From positions 1 to 37,750 of the forward strand of contig JANMCS010000114.1 of the NCBI GenBank assembly GCA_031361405.1: 37,750 bases of DNA. The letters are read 5' to 3'. Below are positions 18,670 through 29,860 of this stretch, piece by piece. Under the pieces are notes generated by a model. That model worked only from the letters and a program-made list of their open reading frames with translations. It did not search any database and was not told the DNA's origin. The position numbers and the translations under genes were made by a program. Positions within the stretch are counted from its first letter, which is position 1; each line of letters starts with the position of its first letter. This DNA is from Betaproteobacteria bacterium (lineage in GTDB: Bacteria > Pseudomonadota > Gammaproteobacteria > Burkholderiales > Casimicrobiaceae).

Positions 18670-19194
18670 TCAGGACTTGTAGAACACGTAGTCGGCCTGG
18701 TAGGGCACCGTCTTCTTCATGCCCGCCATCGCTGCCGTGCATGCGTCGGTCGGCGCCACGCCGCCCTTGGTATTGACTCGCTGGATGTAGGTGACGCCCG
18801 TCATCGAGCCCGCGCCCATCGCCGGTTCGGCCTTCACGAGCTGCAGCGGAATGCTGCCCGCCATGCCGGGAGCCACGGCGACCTGCTTGCCCGTCACCTT
18901 GCTGCCGTCCATCGATTCCCACGTCGGCCCGCCGTAATACTTGCCGACTTCCTTCTGCGTCTTGGCGTCCATCAGCTTGGCCATCGGCCCGGCAAAGGTC
19001 CACTCGAACACCGCCGCGTCGGTGGCCCTGGCCTTGCATTCGTAGGTCAGTTCGCCCACACCCACCACGGTCATGGCGGCCGTGTGGCCCGCCGGCACGC
19101 GCACGGCTTCAGGTACATCCATCATGCCCTGCGCGATGGCGGTCAACGGCAGCATGAATGAGGCGGCAACGGCTACGGCGATTGACTGGCGCAT
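18670..19194 (-). CDS. Secreted DUF3455 domain protein
   Basis: Signal peptide; VGVGELTYEC, WTFAGP.A.L, GKYYGGPTWE..DGS.VTG, IPLQLVK, VTYIQRVNTKGGVAP, PYQADYVFY. RBS GGAAGGA. Confidence 0.88.
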   Translation of the reverse strand: MRQSIAVAVAASFMLPLTAIAQGMMDVPEAVRVPAGHTAAMTVVGVGELTYECKARATDAAVFEWTFAGPMAKLMDAKTQKEVGKYYGGPTWESMDGSKVTGKQVAVAPGMAGSIPLQLVKAEPAMGAGSMTGVTYIQRVNTKGGVAPTDACTAAMAGMKKTVPYQADYVFYKS

Positions 19195-19238
19195 TGATTG
19201 TCCTTCCCGATGGTGGGCGACATGCCCGATATCCTCCA

Positions 19239-19264
19239 TACGGAGGCCCGGCGGGATTGGATGC
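19239..19264 (-). promoter_or_regulatory. Putative ECF sigma promoter for the DUF3455 gene
   Basis: Minus strand GCATCC-N16-CGTA, with the -10 element about 45 nt upstream of the start codon. Confidence 0.5.
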
Positions 19265-19316
19265 AACGCTGGCTCAGGGGCGCATTGGTCCCGGGCAGAC
19301 GGGCGCCGCCCGTTTG

Positions 19317-19613
19317 GCGCCTGGGCTCGAGGCCAACGGCATCGTCCGGGTGCAGGCGCAGGGGCGCCGACGCTTGCTGCGAACCTTCGTGCGCCGCGGC
19401 CTGCTGCCGGGCGCCGACGCGCAGTCGATGGCGCAATGGCAACACGGCGGCGGCTTCTCCGTCGTTGCCTCGGTGCGCAGCACGGCCGCCGACCGTGCCC
19501 GCGCAGAAGCGCCACCACCAGCGTGCGGAGCAGCCCGGTGCCGCTGAAAATCGACCATTGACCCGTGGCACCGGGTCCCCACACTCAGGCTCGCGCGATT
19601 GAAGCGCCTATCC
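19317..19613 (+). mobile_element. Degenerate IS91/ISCR-like element: internal transposase fragment plus oriIS-like end
   Basis: Plus frame gives VQAQGRRRLLRTFVRRGLLPGADAQSMAQWQHGGGFSVVASVRSTAADRA, recalled as the IS91-family segment 'W.H.GGFSVDASVRI.A.DR'. Downstream GCGATTGAAGCGCCTATCC (19595-19613) resembles the TTGAA..TCCTAT oriIS end. Confidence 0.7.
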
Positions 19614-19630
19614 TTTCCTTCAACGTCGGG

Positions 19631-21436
19631 TCAGCGCACCTTGCCTTCCTTCCATGCCCCCAGCAACTTGTCGTAGTTGATGGTTTCGCCCTTGGGCTTT
19701 TCGTTGGCCAACTTCTTCCACGGAGCACCCTTGTCGCTAAGCCACTTGCCCGGATCGCTCTTGGGGTTGAGCTTGGGCGGGCAGTTGGTCATACCGGCAC
19801 GCTCCAGGCGGCCCATCACGTCGTCCATTTCGTTGGCCAGGTTGTCCATCGCGGCCTGCGGCGTCTTCTCGCCTGTCACCGCCACGGCCACGTTCTTCCA
19901 CCACAGTTGCGCGAGCTTGGGATAGTCGGGCACGTTGTTGCCTGTCGGTGTCCAGGCAATGCGGGCCGGGCTGCGATAGAACTCAATCAGGCCGCCGTAC
20001 TTTGCTGCGTTTTGCGTGAAATAATCATGGCGGATGTCGCTGTCGCGACTGAAGGTCAGGCCTACCACCGACTTCTTCGCCGACACCGTCTTCGAGGTGA
20101 TGAACTGCGCATACAGCCATGCGGCGGCGACCTTGTTGGGATCATGGTCCTTGAAGAAAGTCCACGAGCCAACGTCCTGGTAGCCGTTTTGCATGCCCTG
20201 CTTCCAGTACGGGCCATTCGGGCCGGGGGCCATGCGCCACTTCGGCGTACCGTCGGCATTCACGACCGGCAGCCCCGGCTTGATCATGTCGGCGGTGAAC
20301 GCGGTGTACCAGAAGATCTGCTGGGCGATCTGGCCTTGTGCCGGCACGGGTCCGGCCTCGCCGAACGTCATGCCGATGGCTTCCTTGGGCGAATACTTTT
20401 TCATCCAGTCGATGTACTTCGTCAGCGCATAGACCGCCGCGGGCGAGTTGGTGGCGCCACCGCGAGCAACGGACGCGCCTACCGGCGTGCATTTGTCGTC
20501 CGCCACCCGAATGCCCCATTCGTCCACCGGCAATCCGTTGGGGATACCAATGTCAGCGGAGCCGGCCATCGACAGCCAGGCGTCGGTGAAGCGCCAGCCC
20601 AGGCTGGGGTCCTTCTTGCCATAGTCCATGTGGCCATAGATCGGCTTGCCGTCGATGGTCTTCACGTCGTTGGTGAAGAACGCGGCGATGTCTTCATACG
20701 CGCTCCAGTTCAACGGTACGCCCAGCTCGTAGCCGTACTTGGCCTTGAACTTGTCCCTCAGCTCCGGCATGGCAAACAGGTCGGCGCGGAACCAGTACAA
20801 ATTCGCGAACTGCTGGTCCGGCAACTGATAGAGCTTGCCGTCCGGCGCGGTGGTGAAGCTCGTGCCGATGAAGTCCTTCAGATCCAGGCCAGGGTTGGTG
20901 AACTCCTTGCCGGCGCCCACCATGTAGTCCGAGAGTGCCAGGATCTTGCCGTAGCGGTAATGCGTGCCGATCAGGTCGGAATCGGAGATCCAGCCGTCGT
21001 AGATCGACTTGCCGGATTGCATCGAGGTCTGCAGCTTCTCGACCACGTCGCCTTCCTGGATGATGTCGTGCTTGACCTTGATGCCGGTGATCTCTTCAAA
21101 CGCCTTGGCCAGGGTCTTGCTCTCGTATTCGTGCGTGGTGATGGTCTCGGAGACGACCGAAATCTCGTTCACTCCTTTGGCCTTGAGCTTGGCCGCGGCT
21201 TCGGCGAACCATTTCATCTCGGCCATCTGCTGGTCCTTGGACAGCGTGGACGGCTGGAATTCGCTGTCGACCCATTTCTTCGCTGCCGCATCGGTTGCGG
21301 ATGCGGCTGCCGCCACCGGCGCCGGCGCCGGCGCGGCTGCTGCCGCCTTGGGCTCTTCTTTCTTGCCGCATGCGGACAGCATCAGTACCACTGCCCCCAC
21401 CGCAGAAAGTGTGTAGATTGAAAGTGATCGTTTCAT
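19631..21436 (-). CDS. glpV: Glycerol ABC transporter substrate-binding protein (GlpV type), lipoprotein
   Basis: WVDSEFQPSTL, VVSETITTHEYES, QEGDVVEKLQT, SDSDLIGTH, QLPDQQFANLYWFR, TPTGNNVPDYPKLAQLWW. Lipobox LSAC. Confidence 0.9.
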   Translation of the reverse strand: MKRSLSIYTLSAVGAVVLMLSACGKKEEPKAAAAAPAPAPVAAAASATDAAAKKWVDSEFQPSTLSKDQQMAEMKWFAEAAAKLKAKGVNEISVVSETITTHEYESKTLAKAFEEITGIKVKHDIIQEGDVVEKLQTSMQSGKSIYDGWISDSDLIGTHYRYGKILALSDYMVGAGKEFTNPGLDLKDFIGTSFTTAPDGKLYQLPDQQFANLYWFRADLFAMPELRDKFKAKYGYELGVPLNWSAYEDIAAFFTNDVKTIDGKPIYGHMDYGKKDPSLGWRFTDAWLSMAGSADIGIPNGLPVDEWGIRVADDKCTPVGASVARGGATNSPAAVYALTKYIDWMKKYSPKEAIGMTFGEAGPVPAQGQIAQQIFWYTAFTADMIKPGLPVVNADGTPKWRMAPGPNGPYWKQGMQNGYQDVGSWTFFKDHDPNKVAAAWLYAQFITSKTVSAKKSVVGLTFSRDSDIRHDYFTQNAAKYGGLIEFYRSPARIAWTPTGNNVPDYPKLAQLWWKNVAVAVTGEKTPQAAMDNLANEMDDVMGRLERAGMTNCPPKLNPKSDPGKWLSDKGAPWKKLANEKPKGETINYDKLLGAWKEGKVR

Positions 21437-21519
21437 GATTGATTCCTCGGAAACTTCCCGTTGCTTGCGGAGACTCACCGGTTGGGAAGTGTTGGCCGGT
21501 GGTGAATCCAAGAAGGAGC

Positions 21520-21828
21520 TTAGCCTTTGTGCATGATCGAGGCCAGCACCAACATCGACACGACGAAGCTGATCCAGATCGAAGGCTCGCTTGCAAGCCC
21601 GAACCACGCGATCATCCTTTCGCTCATGGCCACGAAGGCGAGATTTACAAAGGCGGCCGACAGCAGGCCGATAAAGAGCCGGTCACCGCGCGTGGTGGCG
21701 ATCGGCAAGAAACCCTTGCGCATCACGGTGGGCGACTTGATCTCCCACACCGTCATGCCGGCCAGCATCAGCACGATGCATATGAAGAATACCGCGACCG
21801 GTAGCGTCCATGCCATCCATTCAAACAT
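21520..21828 (-). CDS. glpU: DUF2160 small membrane protein (GlpU type)
   Basis: WMAWT..VAVFF, RKGFLPIATTRGDRLFIGLL; lies between the permease and the binding protein. Confidence 0.88.
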   Translation of the reverse strand: MFEWMAWTLPVAVFFICIVLMLAGMTVWEIKSPTVMRKGFLPIATTRGDRLFIGLLSAAFVNLAFVAMSERMIAWFGLASEPSIWISFVVSMLVLASIMHKG

Positions 21829-21840
21829 CATTGACCCCGT

Positions 21841-22653
21841 TCACACCCGGCCCATCGCGAATCCCTTGGCGATGTAGTGCCGCACGAACCAGATCACGAT
21901 CGCGCCTGGCACGATGGTCAGCACGCCGGCCGCGGCAAGCACGCCCCAGTCCATGCCCGAGGCCGACACGGTGCGCGTCATCACCGCGACGATCGGCTTG
22001 GCGTTGACGCTGGTCAGCGTGCGCGCCATCAGCAGCTCGACCCAACTGAACATGAAGCAGAAAAACGCCGCCACTCCCACGCCGGCCTTGATGAGCGGAA
22101 TGAAGATGGTGAGGAAGAAGCGGGGGAACGAATAGCCGTCGATGTAGGCAGTCTCGTCGATCTCGCGCGGGATGCCGCTCATGAAGCCCTCGAGAATCCA
22201 CACCGCCAGCGGTACGTTGAACAGCAGGTGCGCCAGGGCCACGGCGATGTGCGTATCCATCAGGCCGAGCGTGGTGTAAAGCTGGAAAAAGGGCAGCAGG
22301 AACACCGCGGGCGGTGTCATGCGGTTGGTGAGCAGCCAGAAGAACACATGCTTGTCGCCGAGGAAGCTGTAGCGCGAGAACGCGTAGGCTGCGGGCAGCG
22401 CCACCAGCAGCGAGATCACGGTGTTGATGGCCACGAAGATCAGCGAGTTGATGTAGCCCGAGTACCAGCTCACGTCTGTGAAGATGGTGCGGTAATGGTC
22501 GAACGTGAACGCCTGCGGCCACAGGCTGAAGGTGGACAGGATCTCGCCGTTGGTCTTGAACGACATGTTGACCATCCAGTACACCGGCAGGATGGCGAAC
22601 ACCAGGTAGGCAAGAAGGAAGACCGTCCGCTTCCGGAACCGTCTTTCATCCAT
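21841..22653 (-). CDS. glpQ: Carbohydrate ABC permease (glycerol GlpQ type, rhizobial nomenclature)
   Basis: ALPAAYAFSRY.FLGDKH.FFWLLTNRM, EIDETAYIDG, WFVRHYIAKGFAMGRV. Confidence 0.9.
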   Translation of the reverse strand: MDERRFRKRTVFLLAYLVFAILPVYWMVNMSFKTNGEILSTFSLWPQAFTFDHYRTIFTDVSWYSGYINSLIFVAINTVISLLVALPAAYAFSRYSFLGDKHVFFWLLTNRMTPPAVFLLPFFQLYTTLGLMDTHIAVALAHLLFNVPLAVWILEGFMSGIPREIDETAYIDGYSFPRFFLTIFIPLIKAGVGVAAFFCFMFSWVELLMARTLTSVNAKPIVAVMTRTVSASGMDWGVLAAAGVLTIVPGAIVIWFVRHYIAKGFAMGRV

Positions 22654-23526
22654 GTCCGGGCTCCTTCACGTCCTGGGTCCCCACTCGCTGCATCCAGTTG
22701 TAAAGTATGAAGCACAGCAACAGTATGATGAGGAAATAGATCAGCGAGAATGCCGCCGCCGGCCCCAGGTCGAATTGGCCGACCGCCTTTTGCGTCAGGT
22801 ACTGACTCAGAAACGTGGTGGCGTTGCCGGGCCCGCCGCCAGTCAGCACGAAGGGCTCGGTATAGATCATGAAGCTGTCCATGAAGCGCAACAGCACCGC
22901 GATCATCAACACCCCCCTGAGCTTGGGCAGCTGGATGTAGCGGAATACTGCGAACTTGGAAGCGCCATCGATGCTCGCCGCCTGATAGTAAGCGTCCGGG
23001 ATCGCGCGGAGGCCGGCAAAACACAGCAGCGCGACCAGAGGAGTCCAGTGCCATACGTCCATCAGCAGCACGGTCAGCCAGGCGTGCGTGGCATTACCGG
23101 TATAGCTGTACTCGAACCCCAGCGCCTTGAGCGCGGCGCCCATCAGGCCGATATCGGTGCGGCCAAAGATCTGCCAGATCGTTCCGACCACGTTCCACGG
23201 GATCAGCAGCGAGATCGCCACCAGCACCAGCACTGCAGACGATTGCCAGCCCTTGACCGGCATGGACAGCGCGAGCGCGATTCCCAGCGGGATCTCGACT
23301 GCCAGTACCGCGAGCGAAAATGTGATCTGGCGCAGCAGCGCACCCTGCAGGTCGTCGTCGCGCATCACCGACTTGAACCATTCGGTGCCGACAAAGATGC
23401 GCCGCTCGGGCGAAATGATGTCCTGCACCGAGTAGTTCACAACCGTCATCAGCGGCAGGATGGCGGAAAACGCCACGCACAGCACGACGGGCAGGATCAG
23501 CAGCCATGCCTTGTGGTTGACGGGCT

Positions 23527-23530
<4 letters not shown>
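22646..23530 (-). CDS. glpP: Carbohydrate ABC permease (glycerol GlpP type)
   Basis: KPVNHKAW, PLMTVVNYSVQD, LIPWNVVGTIWQ, MDVWHWT, YYQAASIDGA, GQFDLGPAAA. Confidence 0.9.
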
Positions 23531-24627
<1,097 letters not shown>

Positions 24628-24628
24628 G

Positions 24629-25720
24629 TCAGTGCCGGCTGGTGAAAATGGCCGCGGGCGCGACAAGCAGGTTGCCGGCCCCGTCGAACACATACGCCTG
24701 TGCCGGGTTGAGGTACAGCGTGACGGCTTCTCCTAGCGAGAACACGTGCACGCCGGTGAGCTGGGCGACGAGCTCGCCGATCGGCGTGTGCACGTGGAGG
24801 TAGGTGTCGGAGCCGGAAATTTCCGCCAGCTCGACCTTCCCCGGCAAGGCTGTGTCGCCCTCGCGCGCGCGCACCCGCAGCGCACCGGCTCGAACCCCGA
24901 GCGTGAGCGCGTCCGACCGAGTTGCAGGCAGCGTCATCGGCAAAGCCACGCCGCCGGGCAGCAGCATGCCGTTCGCGTCGGCGCTGCCGGCCACCAGGTT
25001 CATCGGCGGGTCGCTGAAAGCGCGCGCGACGCGGATGGATCGGGGCCGGTGGAACACCTCGGCGGTCGGCCCGTACTGCAGCAGTTCGCCCGCGTCCAGC
25101 AACGCCGTGTACCCGCCGAGCAGCAACGCTTCGGTCGGCTCGGTGGTGGCGTAGACCACGGTGGACTGGCCGCTTGCGAACAACTGCGAGAGCTCGTCGC
25201 GGAGTTCCTCGCGCAGCTTGTAGTCCAGATTGACGAGCGGCTCGTCGAGCAGCATCAGCGGTGCGTTCTTGGCAAGCGCGCGCGCCAGCGCCACACGCTG
25301 CTGCTGGCCGCCCGACAGCTCGGCGGGCAGGCGGCGCAGGAACGGCTCGATGTGCAGTTTGGCGGCGAGTTCGTTGACACGCGCGTCGATGTCGCCTTGG
25401 GCCAACGCGTCCCGGCGCAGCCTGAGTGGCGAAGCGATGTTGTCGGCCACCGTCATCGACGGGTAGTTGATGAACTGCTGGTACACCATGGCCACATTGC
25501 GATCGCGAACCGGCGTGCCGGTTACGTCGTGCCCGTCGACCATGACCCGCCCCTTTGCCGGCGCGTCCAGCCCTGCCATGACGCGCATCAGCGTAGTCTT
25601 CCCGGCCTGTGTGGCACCCAGCAGCACGGTCACGGCGCGTGGCACCAGCGTCAAGTCGAGCGGGTGCAAAAAGACCTGTGCGCCCGCGCGCTGCTCGATG
25701 CCTACGAGCGTCAGATCCAC
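24629..25720 (-). CDS. glpS: ABC ATPase (glycerol GlpS type)
   Basis: LLGATQAGKTTL, MVYQQFINYP, LSGGQQQR, LDEPLVNLDYKLRE, YATTEP. GTG start at 25720 chosen by family length; RBS weak. Confidence 0.88.
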   Translation of the reverse strand: MDLTLVGIEQRAGAQVFLHPLDLTLVPRAVTVLLGATQAGKTTLMRVMAGLDAPAKGRVMVDGHDVTGTPVRDRNVAMVYQQFINYPSMTVADNIASPLRLRRDALAQGDIDARVNELAAKLHIEPFLRRLPAELSGGQQQRVALARALAKNAPLMLLDEPLVNLDYKLREELRDELSQLFASGQSTVVYATTEPTEALLLGGYTALLDAGELLQYGPTAEVFHRPRSIRVARAFSDPPMNLVAGSADANGMLLPGGVALPMTLPATRSDALTLGVRAGALRVRAREGDTALPGKVELAEISGSDTYLHVHTPIGELVAQLTGVHVFSLGEAVTLYLNPAQAYVFDGAGNLLVAPAAIFTSRH

Positions 25721-25796
25721 GCAGCGCCCGTGTTCGTCGAGGCAGCGGACCGGATGGGAATTGGAATCATGGGGAAAGAGTATTGGTGGTTCGGCC

Positions 25797-26009
25797 GTGC
25801 GGGTCAACCGTCGCCGCGAGCGACGGCACTACGCCTCCATCCGGACAGTGAAGGCCCGGATGCGCCAATCGGTCTTCGCCAAGTTGCTCGACGTGTCAGT
25901 GTCCACCGTGCAGAAGTGGGAGGCTCCCACCGCAGGCAAGCATCCAAGCGGAGCGGCCGCAAAGTTGCTTCAGCTCATCGAACGCAAGGGAATCGACGCC
26001 ATCGTTTGA
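25797..26009 (+). pseudogene. N-terminally truncated Cro/C1 HTH antitoxin (HigA/YiaG-like)
   Basis: MRQSVFAKLLDVSVSTVQKWE...KHPSGAAAKLLQLIERKGIDAIV matches the C-terminal half of this family. The usual N-terminal half and toxin gene are absent. Could be a short intact 49-aa gene from ATG 25860. Confidence 0.65.
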
Positions 26010-26073
26010 ACGACCAGCAGACGTCGCACCGACCACGCGGCCGCCATAACGTCCTGCGGCGACTTCCGCTACC

Positions 26074-26865
26074 CTAACCCGCGGCCACCACCGCCCGCCC
26101 CGCCAGCACGGGAATCAGATGCGCGCGATAGGCCGCGGATCCGTGCAGGTCGCTGTTCAGGCCCGAGGCATCCATCTTCACCGCCCGCGCGGCATCGTTG
26201 GTGAAGCTCTTCGTCAATGCATCTTCCAACGCTTTCGCGCGGAACACGCTGGAGGCCGCCCCGGTCACCGCCACGCGCACGCCGCTACTCGACTGCGCGA
26301 CAAACACGCCGACCAGCGCAAAGCGCGAGGCGGGCTGCACGAACTTGATGTATGCCGCCTTCTTCGGCACCGGGAAACTCACGGACGTGATCAGTTCGCC
26401 CTCCTCCAGCGCGGTTTCGTACATGCCCTTGAAGAACGCATCGGCCGCAATCTGCCGCTTGTTGGTGTGCACGGTGCCGTTCAGCGCGAGCAATGCCGTC
26501 GGATAGCAGGCCGCGGGATCGTTGTTGGCCAACGCGCCTCCAAGCGTGCCCATGTTGCGTACCTGGCGATCGCCAATGCCTTCGGCCAGCGCCGCCAGCG
26601 CGGGGATGGCGTCCTTCACCACCTTGCTTGATGCCACTTCTGCATGCCGTGTCATCGCACCGATGACGATGGCGTCGCCTTCCTTGCGGATGCCTTTCAT
26701 TTCCGGCACGGCGGAAAGATCCACCAGCGCGCCCGGTTGCGCCAGCCGCAGTTTCATCGCGGCGATCAGGCTCTGACCGCCGGCCAGCGCCTTGCCGCCC
26801 GATTGCGCGAGCAGCGCGGCCGCATTGGCCACCGATGTTGCCTTGTGCATTTCGAAGCTGTACAT
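26074..26865 (-). CDS. coxM: Molybdo-hydroxylase FAD subunit (CoxM/CutM)
   Basis: [57 protein letters not shown]. Confidence 0.93.
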   Translation of the reverse strand: MYSFEMHKATSVANAAALLAQSGGKALAGGQSLIAAMKLRLAQPGALVDLSAVPEMKGIRKEGDAIVIGAMTRHAEVASSKVVKDAIPALAALAEGIGDRQVRNMGTLGGALANNDPAACYPTALLALNGTVHTNKRQIAADAFFKGMYETALEEGELITSVSFPVPKKAAYIKFVQPASRFALVGVFVAQSSSGVRVAVTGAASSVFRAKALEDALTKSFTNDAARAVKMDASGLNSDLHGSAAYRAHLIPVLAGRAVVAAG

Positions 26866-26878
26866 GGTCGTTGTTCCT

Positions 26879-29245
26879 TCAGGCCTTGGCCGACTGGATG
26901 GCAGCCCACACGCGATGCGGCGAGGCGGGCATGTCGATGCGGGTGACGCCGACGGCCGACAGTGCGTCGTGCACGGCGTTCATGATCGCCGCAGGTGCGC
27001 CGATGGCGCCGGCTTCGCCGCAACCCTTGGCGCCGAGCGGGTTGTGCGTGCACGGCGTCACGCGCGTGCCCACCTTGAACGACGGCAGGTCGTCGGCGCG
27101 CGGCATCGCGTAGTCCATGTAGCTGCCGGTCAGCAGTTGCCCGCTTTCGGGATCGTAGACGCAGTGCTCGAGCAACGCCTGGCCGATGCCCTGCGCGACG
27201 CCCCCGTGCACCTGCCCCTCGACGATCATCGGGTTGATGATGTTGCCGAAGTCGTCCACGGCCGTGAACGCAGCGACTGTCACGACACCAGTGTCGGGAT
27301 CGATCTCCACCTCGGCAATGTGCGTCCCCGCCGGATACGTGAAGTTGGTGGGATCGTAGAACGCCGTCTCGTCGAGGCCCGGCTCCAGCTTGTCCAGCGG
27401 ATAGTTGTGCGGCACGTACGCGGCCAATGACACTTCCGCAAAGGCCTTGCTGCGGTCGGTGCCTGCCACCGTGAATTTGCCGTCCTTGAACTCGATGTCG
27501 CCTTCGGCGGCTTCCAGCAGGTGCGCCGCGATCTTCTTGCCTTTGGCGATCACCTTGTCCAGCGCCTTGACGATGGCCGTGCCACCCACCGACAGCGAAC
27601 GCGAGCCGTAGGTGCCCATGCCGAAAGGCACACGCCCAGTGTCGCCGTGCACGACGTCGACATTGGCGATGTCGATGCCCAGCCGCCCCGCCACGATCTG
27701 CGCGAACGTGGTCTCGTGCCCCTGCCCGTGGCTGTGCGATCCGGTGAACACCGTGACGCTGCCCGTGGGGTTGACGCGCACTTCGCCGGCCTCGAAGAGG
27801 CCCGCGCGCGCACCCAATGCGCCGGCCACATTCGACGGTGCGAGACCGCACGCCTCGATGTACGACGCATAGCCGATGCCGCGCAGCTTGCCGCGCTTGG
27901 CCGAATCCGCCTTGCGCGCGGCGTAGCCCTGCACATCCGCCAAATCGTTGGCGCCGTCGAGCGTGGCATCGTAGTTGCCGATGTCGTAGGTGAGCGCCAC
28001 CGGTGTGGCGTAGGGAAAGGTGCGAATGAAATTGCGGCGGCGGATCTCGTCCTGCGCGATCTTCATGTCCACGCCCGCCTGGTGCACGAGGCGCTCGACG
28101 ACGAACGTGGCCTCGGGCCGGCCCGCGCCACGATAGGCATCCACCGGTGCGGTGTTGGTGAACGACGCCGTCACCTCGACATAGATGGCCGGCGTCGTGT
28201 ATTGCCCGGCCAGCAGCGTGGCGTAGAGAATGGTGGGAATGCACGACGCAAACGTGGACAGGTACGCGCCCATGTTGGCGTTGGTCATCACGCGCATGGC
28301 CAGGAACTTGCCGTCCTTGTCCATCGCCAGTTCGGCGTGCGTGACGTGGTCGCGGCCGTGCGCATCGGAAACGAATGCCTCGCTGCGGTCGGCGGCCCAC
28401 TTGATCGGCCGGTTGACGCGCTTCGACGCCCACACCATCGCGGTTTCTTCGCCGTACAGATAGATCTTGGAGCCGAAGCCGCCACCCACGTCGGGCGCGA
28501 TCACGCGCACCTTGGTTTCGGGCAGGCCCAGCACGAAGGCCGTCATCAGCAGCCGCTCGACGTGCGGATTCTGGTTCGATACGTATAGCGTGTAGGCATC
28601 GGCCGCGCGGTCATATGCAGCCAGCGCGCAGCGCGGCTCGATGGCGTTGGGCACCAGCCGGTTGTTGATGATGTCGAGCTTTGAGACATGCGCGGCCTTG
28701 GCAAACGCGGCGTCCACCGCGGCCTTGTCGCCCAGCGCCCACGTGTAGCACTTGTTGCCCGGCGCCTGTTCGTGGAGCTGCGGCGCGCCGGCCTTCAGCG
28801 CATCGACGCAATTGACGACCGCCGGCAGCACTTCGTAGTCGACGTCGATCAGTTCGGCGGCGTCCTTGGCCTGGTTCTGCGTTTCGGCAATCACCAGCGC
28901 GACCTGGTCGCCGACATAACGGACCTTGCCCTGCGCCAGCACCGGATGCGGCGGCTCGTTCATCGGCTTGCCATCGGTGCCCGTGATGAGCCAGCCGCAC
29001 GGCAGGCCATTGACGCCCGTCAGGTCGGCGCCGGTGAAGATGGCCACCACGCCCGGCGCGGCTTTGGCCCTGGCCAGGTCGATGCTGCGGATGTTGGCGT
29101 GCGCATGCGGCGAACGCAGGAACACGCCGGCGGTCTGGCGCGCCATGTTGATGTCGTCGGTGTACTGCCCGGCGCCGGTGATGAAGCGCAGGTCTTCCTT
29201 GCGGCGGATTGATTGGCCGATCACGCCCGGTTCAATGGCTCCCAT
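26879..29245 (-). CDS. coxL: Molybdo-hydroxylase large subunit, form II CoxL-like
   Basis: [23 protein letters not shown], active-site [10 protein letters not shown] (form II, not AYXCSFR), HGQGHET, EGQVHGG, KGCGEAG. Confidence 0.93.
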   Translation of the reverse strand: MGAIEPGVIGQSIRRKEDLRFITGAGQYTDDINMARQTAGVFLRSPHAHANIRSIDLARAKAAPGVVAIFTGADLTGVNGLPCGWLITGTDGKPMNEPPHPVLAQGKVRYVGDQVALVIAETQNQAKDAAELIDVDYEVLPAVVNCVDALKAGAPQLHEQAPGNKCYTWALGDKAAVDAAFAKAAHVSKLDIINNRLVPNAIEPRCALAAYDRAADAYTLYVSNQNPHVERLLMTAFVLGLPETKVRVIAPDVGGGFGSKIYLYGEETAMVWASKRVNRPIKWAADRSEAFVSDAHGRDHVTHAELAMDKDGKFLAMRVMTNANMGAYLSTFASCIPTILYATLLAGQYTTPAIYVEVTASFTNTAPVDAYRGAGRPEATFVVERLVHQAGVDMKIAQDEIRRRNFIRTFPYATPVALTYDIGNYDATLDGANDLADVQGYAARKADSAKRGKLRGIGYASYIEACGLAPSNVAGALGARAGLFEAGEVRVNPTGSVTVFTGSHSHGQGHETTFAQIVAGRLGIDIANVDVVHGDTGRVPFGMGTYGSRSLSVGGTAIVKALDKVIAKGKKIAAHLLEAAEGDIEFKDGKFTVAGTDRSKAFAEVSLAAYVPHNYPLDKLEPGLDETAFYDPTNFTYPAGTHIAEVEIDPDTGVVTVAAFTAVDDFGNIINPMIVEGQVHGGVAQGIGQALLEHCVYDPESGQLLTGSYMDYAMPRADDLPSFKVGTRVTPCTHNPLGAKGCGEAGAIGAPAAIMNAVHDALSAVGVTRIDMPASPHRVWAAIQSAKA

Positions 29246-29254
29246 GGTCGTCTC

Positions 29255-29728
29255 CTACTTGGCCATGGCCGTGGCGCCCTGCTGCACGGCGCGCACGATG
29301 TTGTGATAGCCGGTGCAGCGGCAGATGTTGCCGTCGAGCTGCTCGCGGATCGTGCCCTCGTCGGCACCGGGGTGACGGGCGACGAGATCGATGGCGCTCA
29401 TCACCATGCCGGTGGTGCAGAAGCCGCACTGCAGCCCGTGGCACTCCTTGAACGCCGCCTGCATCGGGTGCAGCGTGCCATCGTCCGCGGCAAGGCCTTC
29501 GATGGTGACCACGGCTGCGCCATTGGCCTGCACCGCCAGGATGTTGCATGACTTCACGGCGCGGCCATCGACATGGACGGTACACGCGCCGCACTGCGCG
29601 GTGTCGCAACCGACGTGCGTGCCGGTGAGTGCCAGGTTGGTACGCAGGAAATCGACCAGCAGCGTGCGCGCATCGACTTCGGCGCTCACTGCCTTGCCAT
29701 TGACCTTCATCGACAGGGAAACGGACAC
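29255..29728 (-). CDS. coxS: Molybdo-hydroxylase 2x[2Fe-2S] subunit (CoxS/CutS)
   Basis: [28 protein letters not shown]. Strong RBS AAGGAGG. Confidence 0.94.
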   Translation of the reverse strand: MSVSLSMKVNGKAVSAEVDARTLLVDFLRTNLALTGTHVGCDTAQCGACTVHVDGRAVKSCNILAVQANGAAVVTIEGLAADDGTLHPMQAAFKECHGLQCGFCTTGMVMSAIDLVARHPGADEGTIREQLDGNICRCTGYHNIVRAVQQGATAMAK

Positions 29729-29860
29729 GGACAGCCTCCTTCGGATTGGACGCCTCGGCTGGGCATCTCATGGATGGTGAAGCGAGATCGGAGTGCAAGA
29801 ATACTGCGCGCTCACGCTGTCAGCAATGCAACGGCGCCTTGCGCGCCGCAGCACTCGTGG

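Noticed and set aside
21437-21519. Possible riboswitch or sRNA between glpU and glpV
   Set aside because: Only short 6-7 bp stems (ACTTCCC/GGGAAGT, CACCGG/CCGGTG); no recognisable family.
26879-29245. Aerobic CO dehydrogenase form I
   Set aside because: AYRGAGR motif and SLM order indicate form II.
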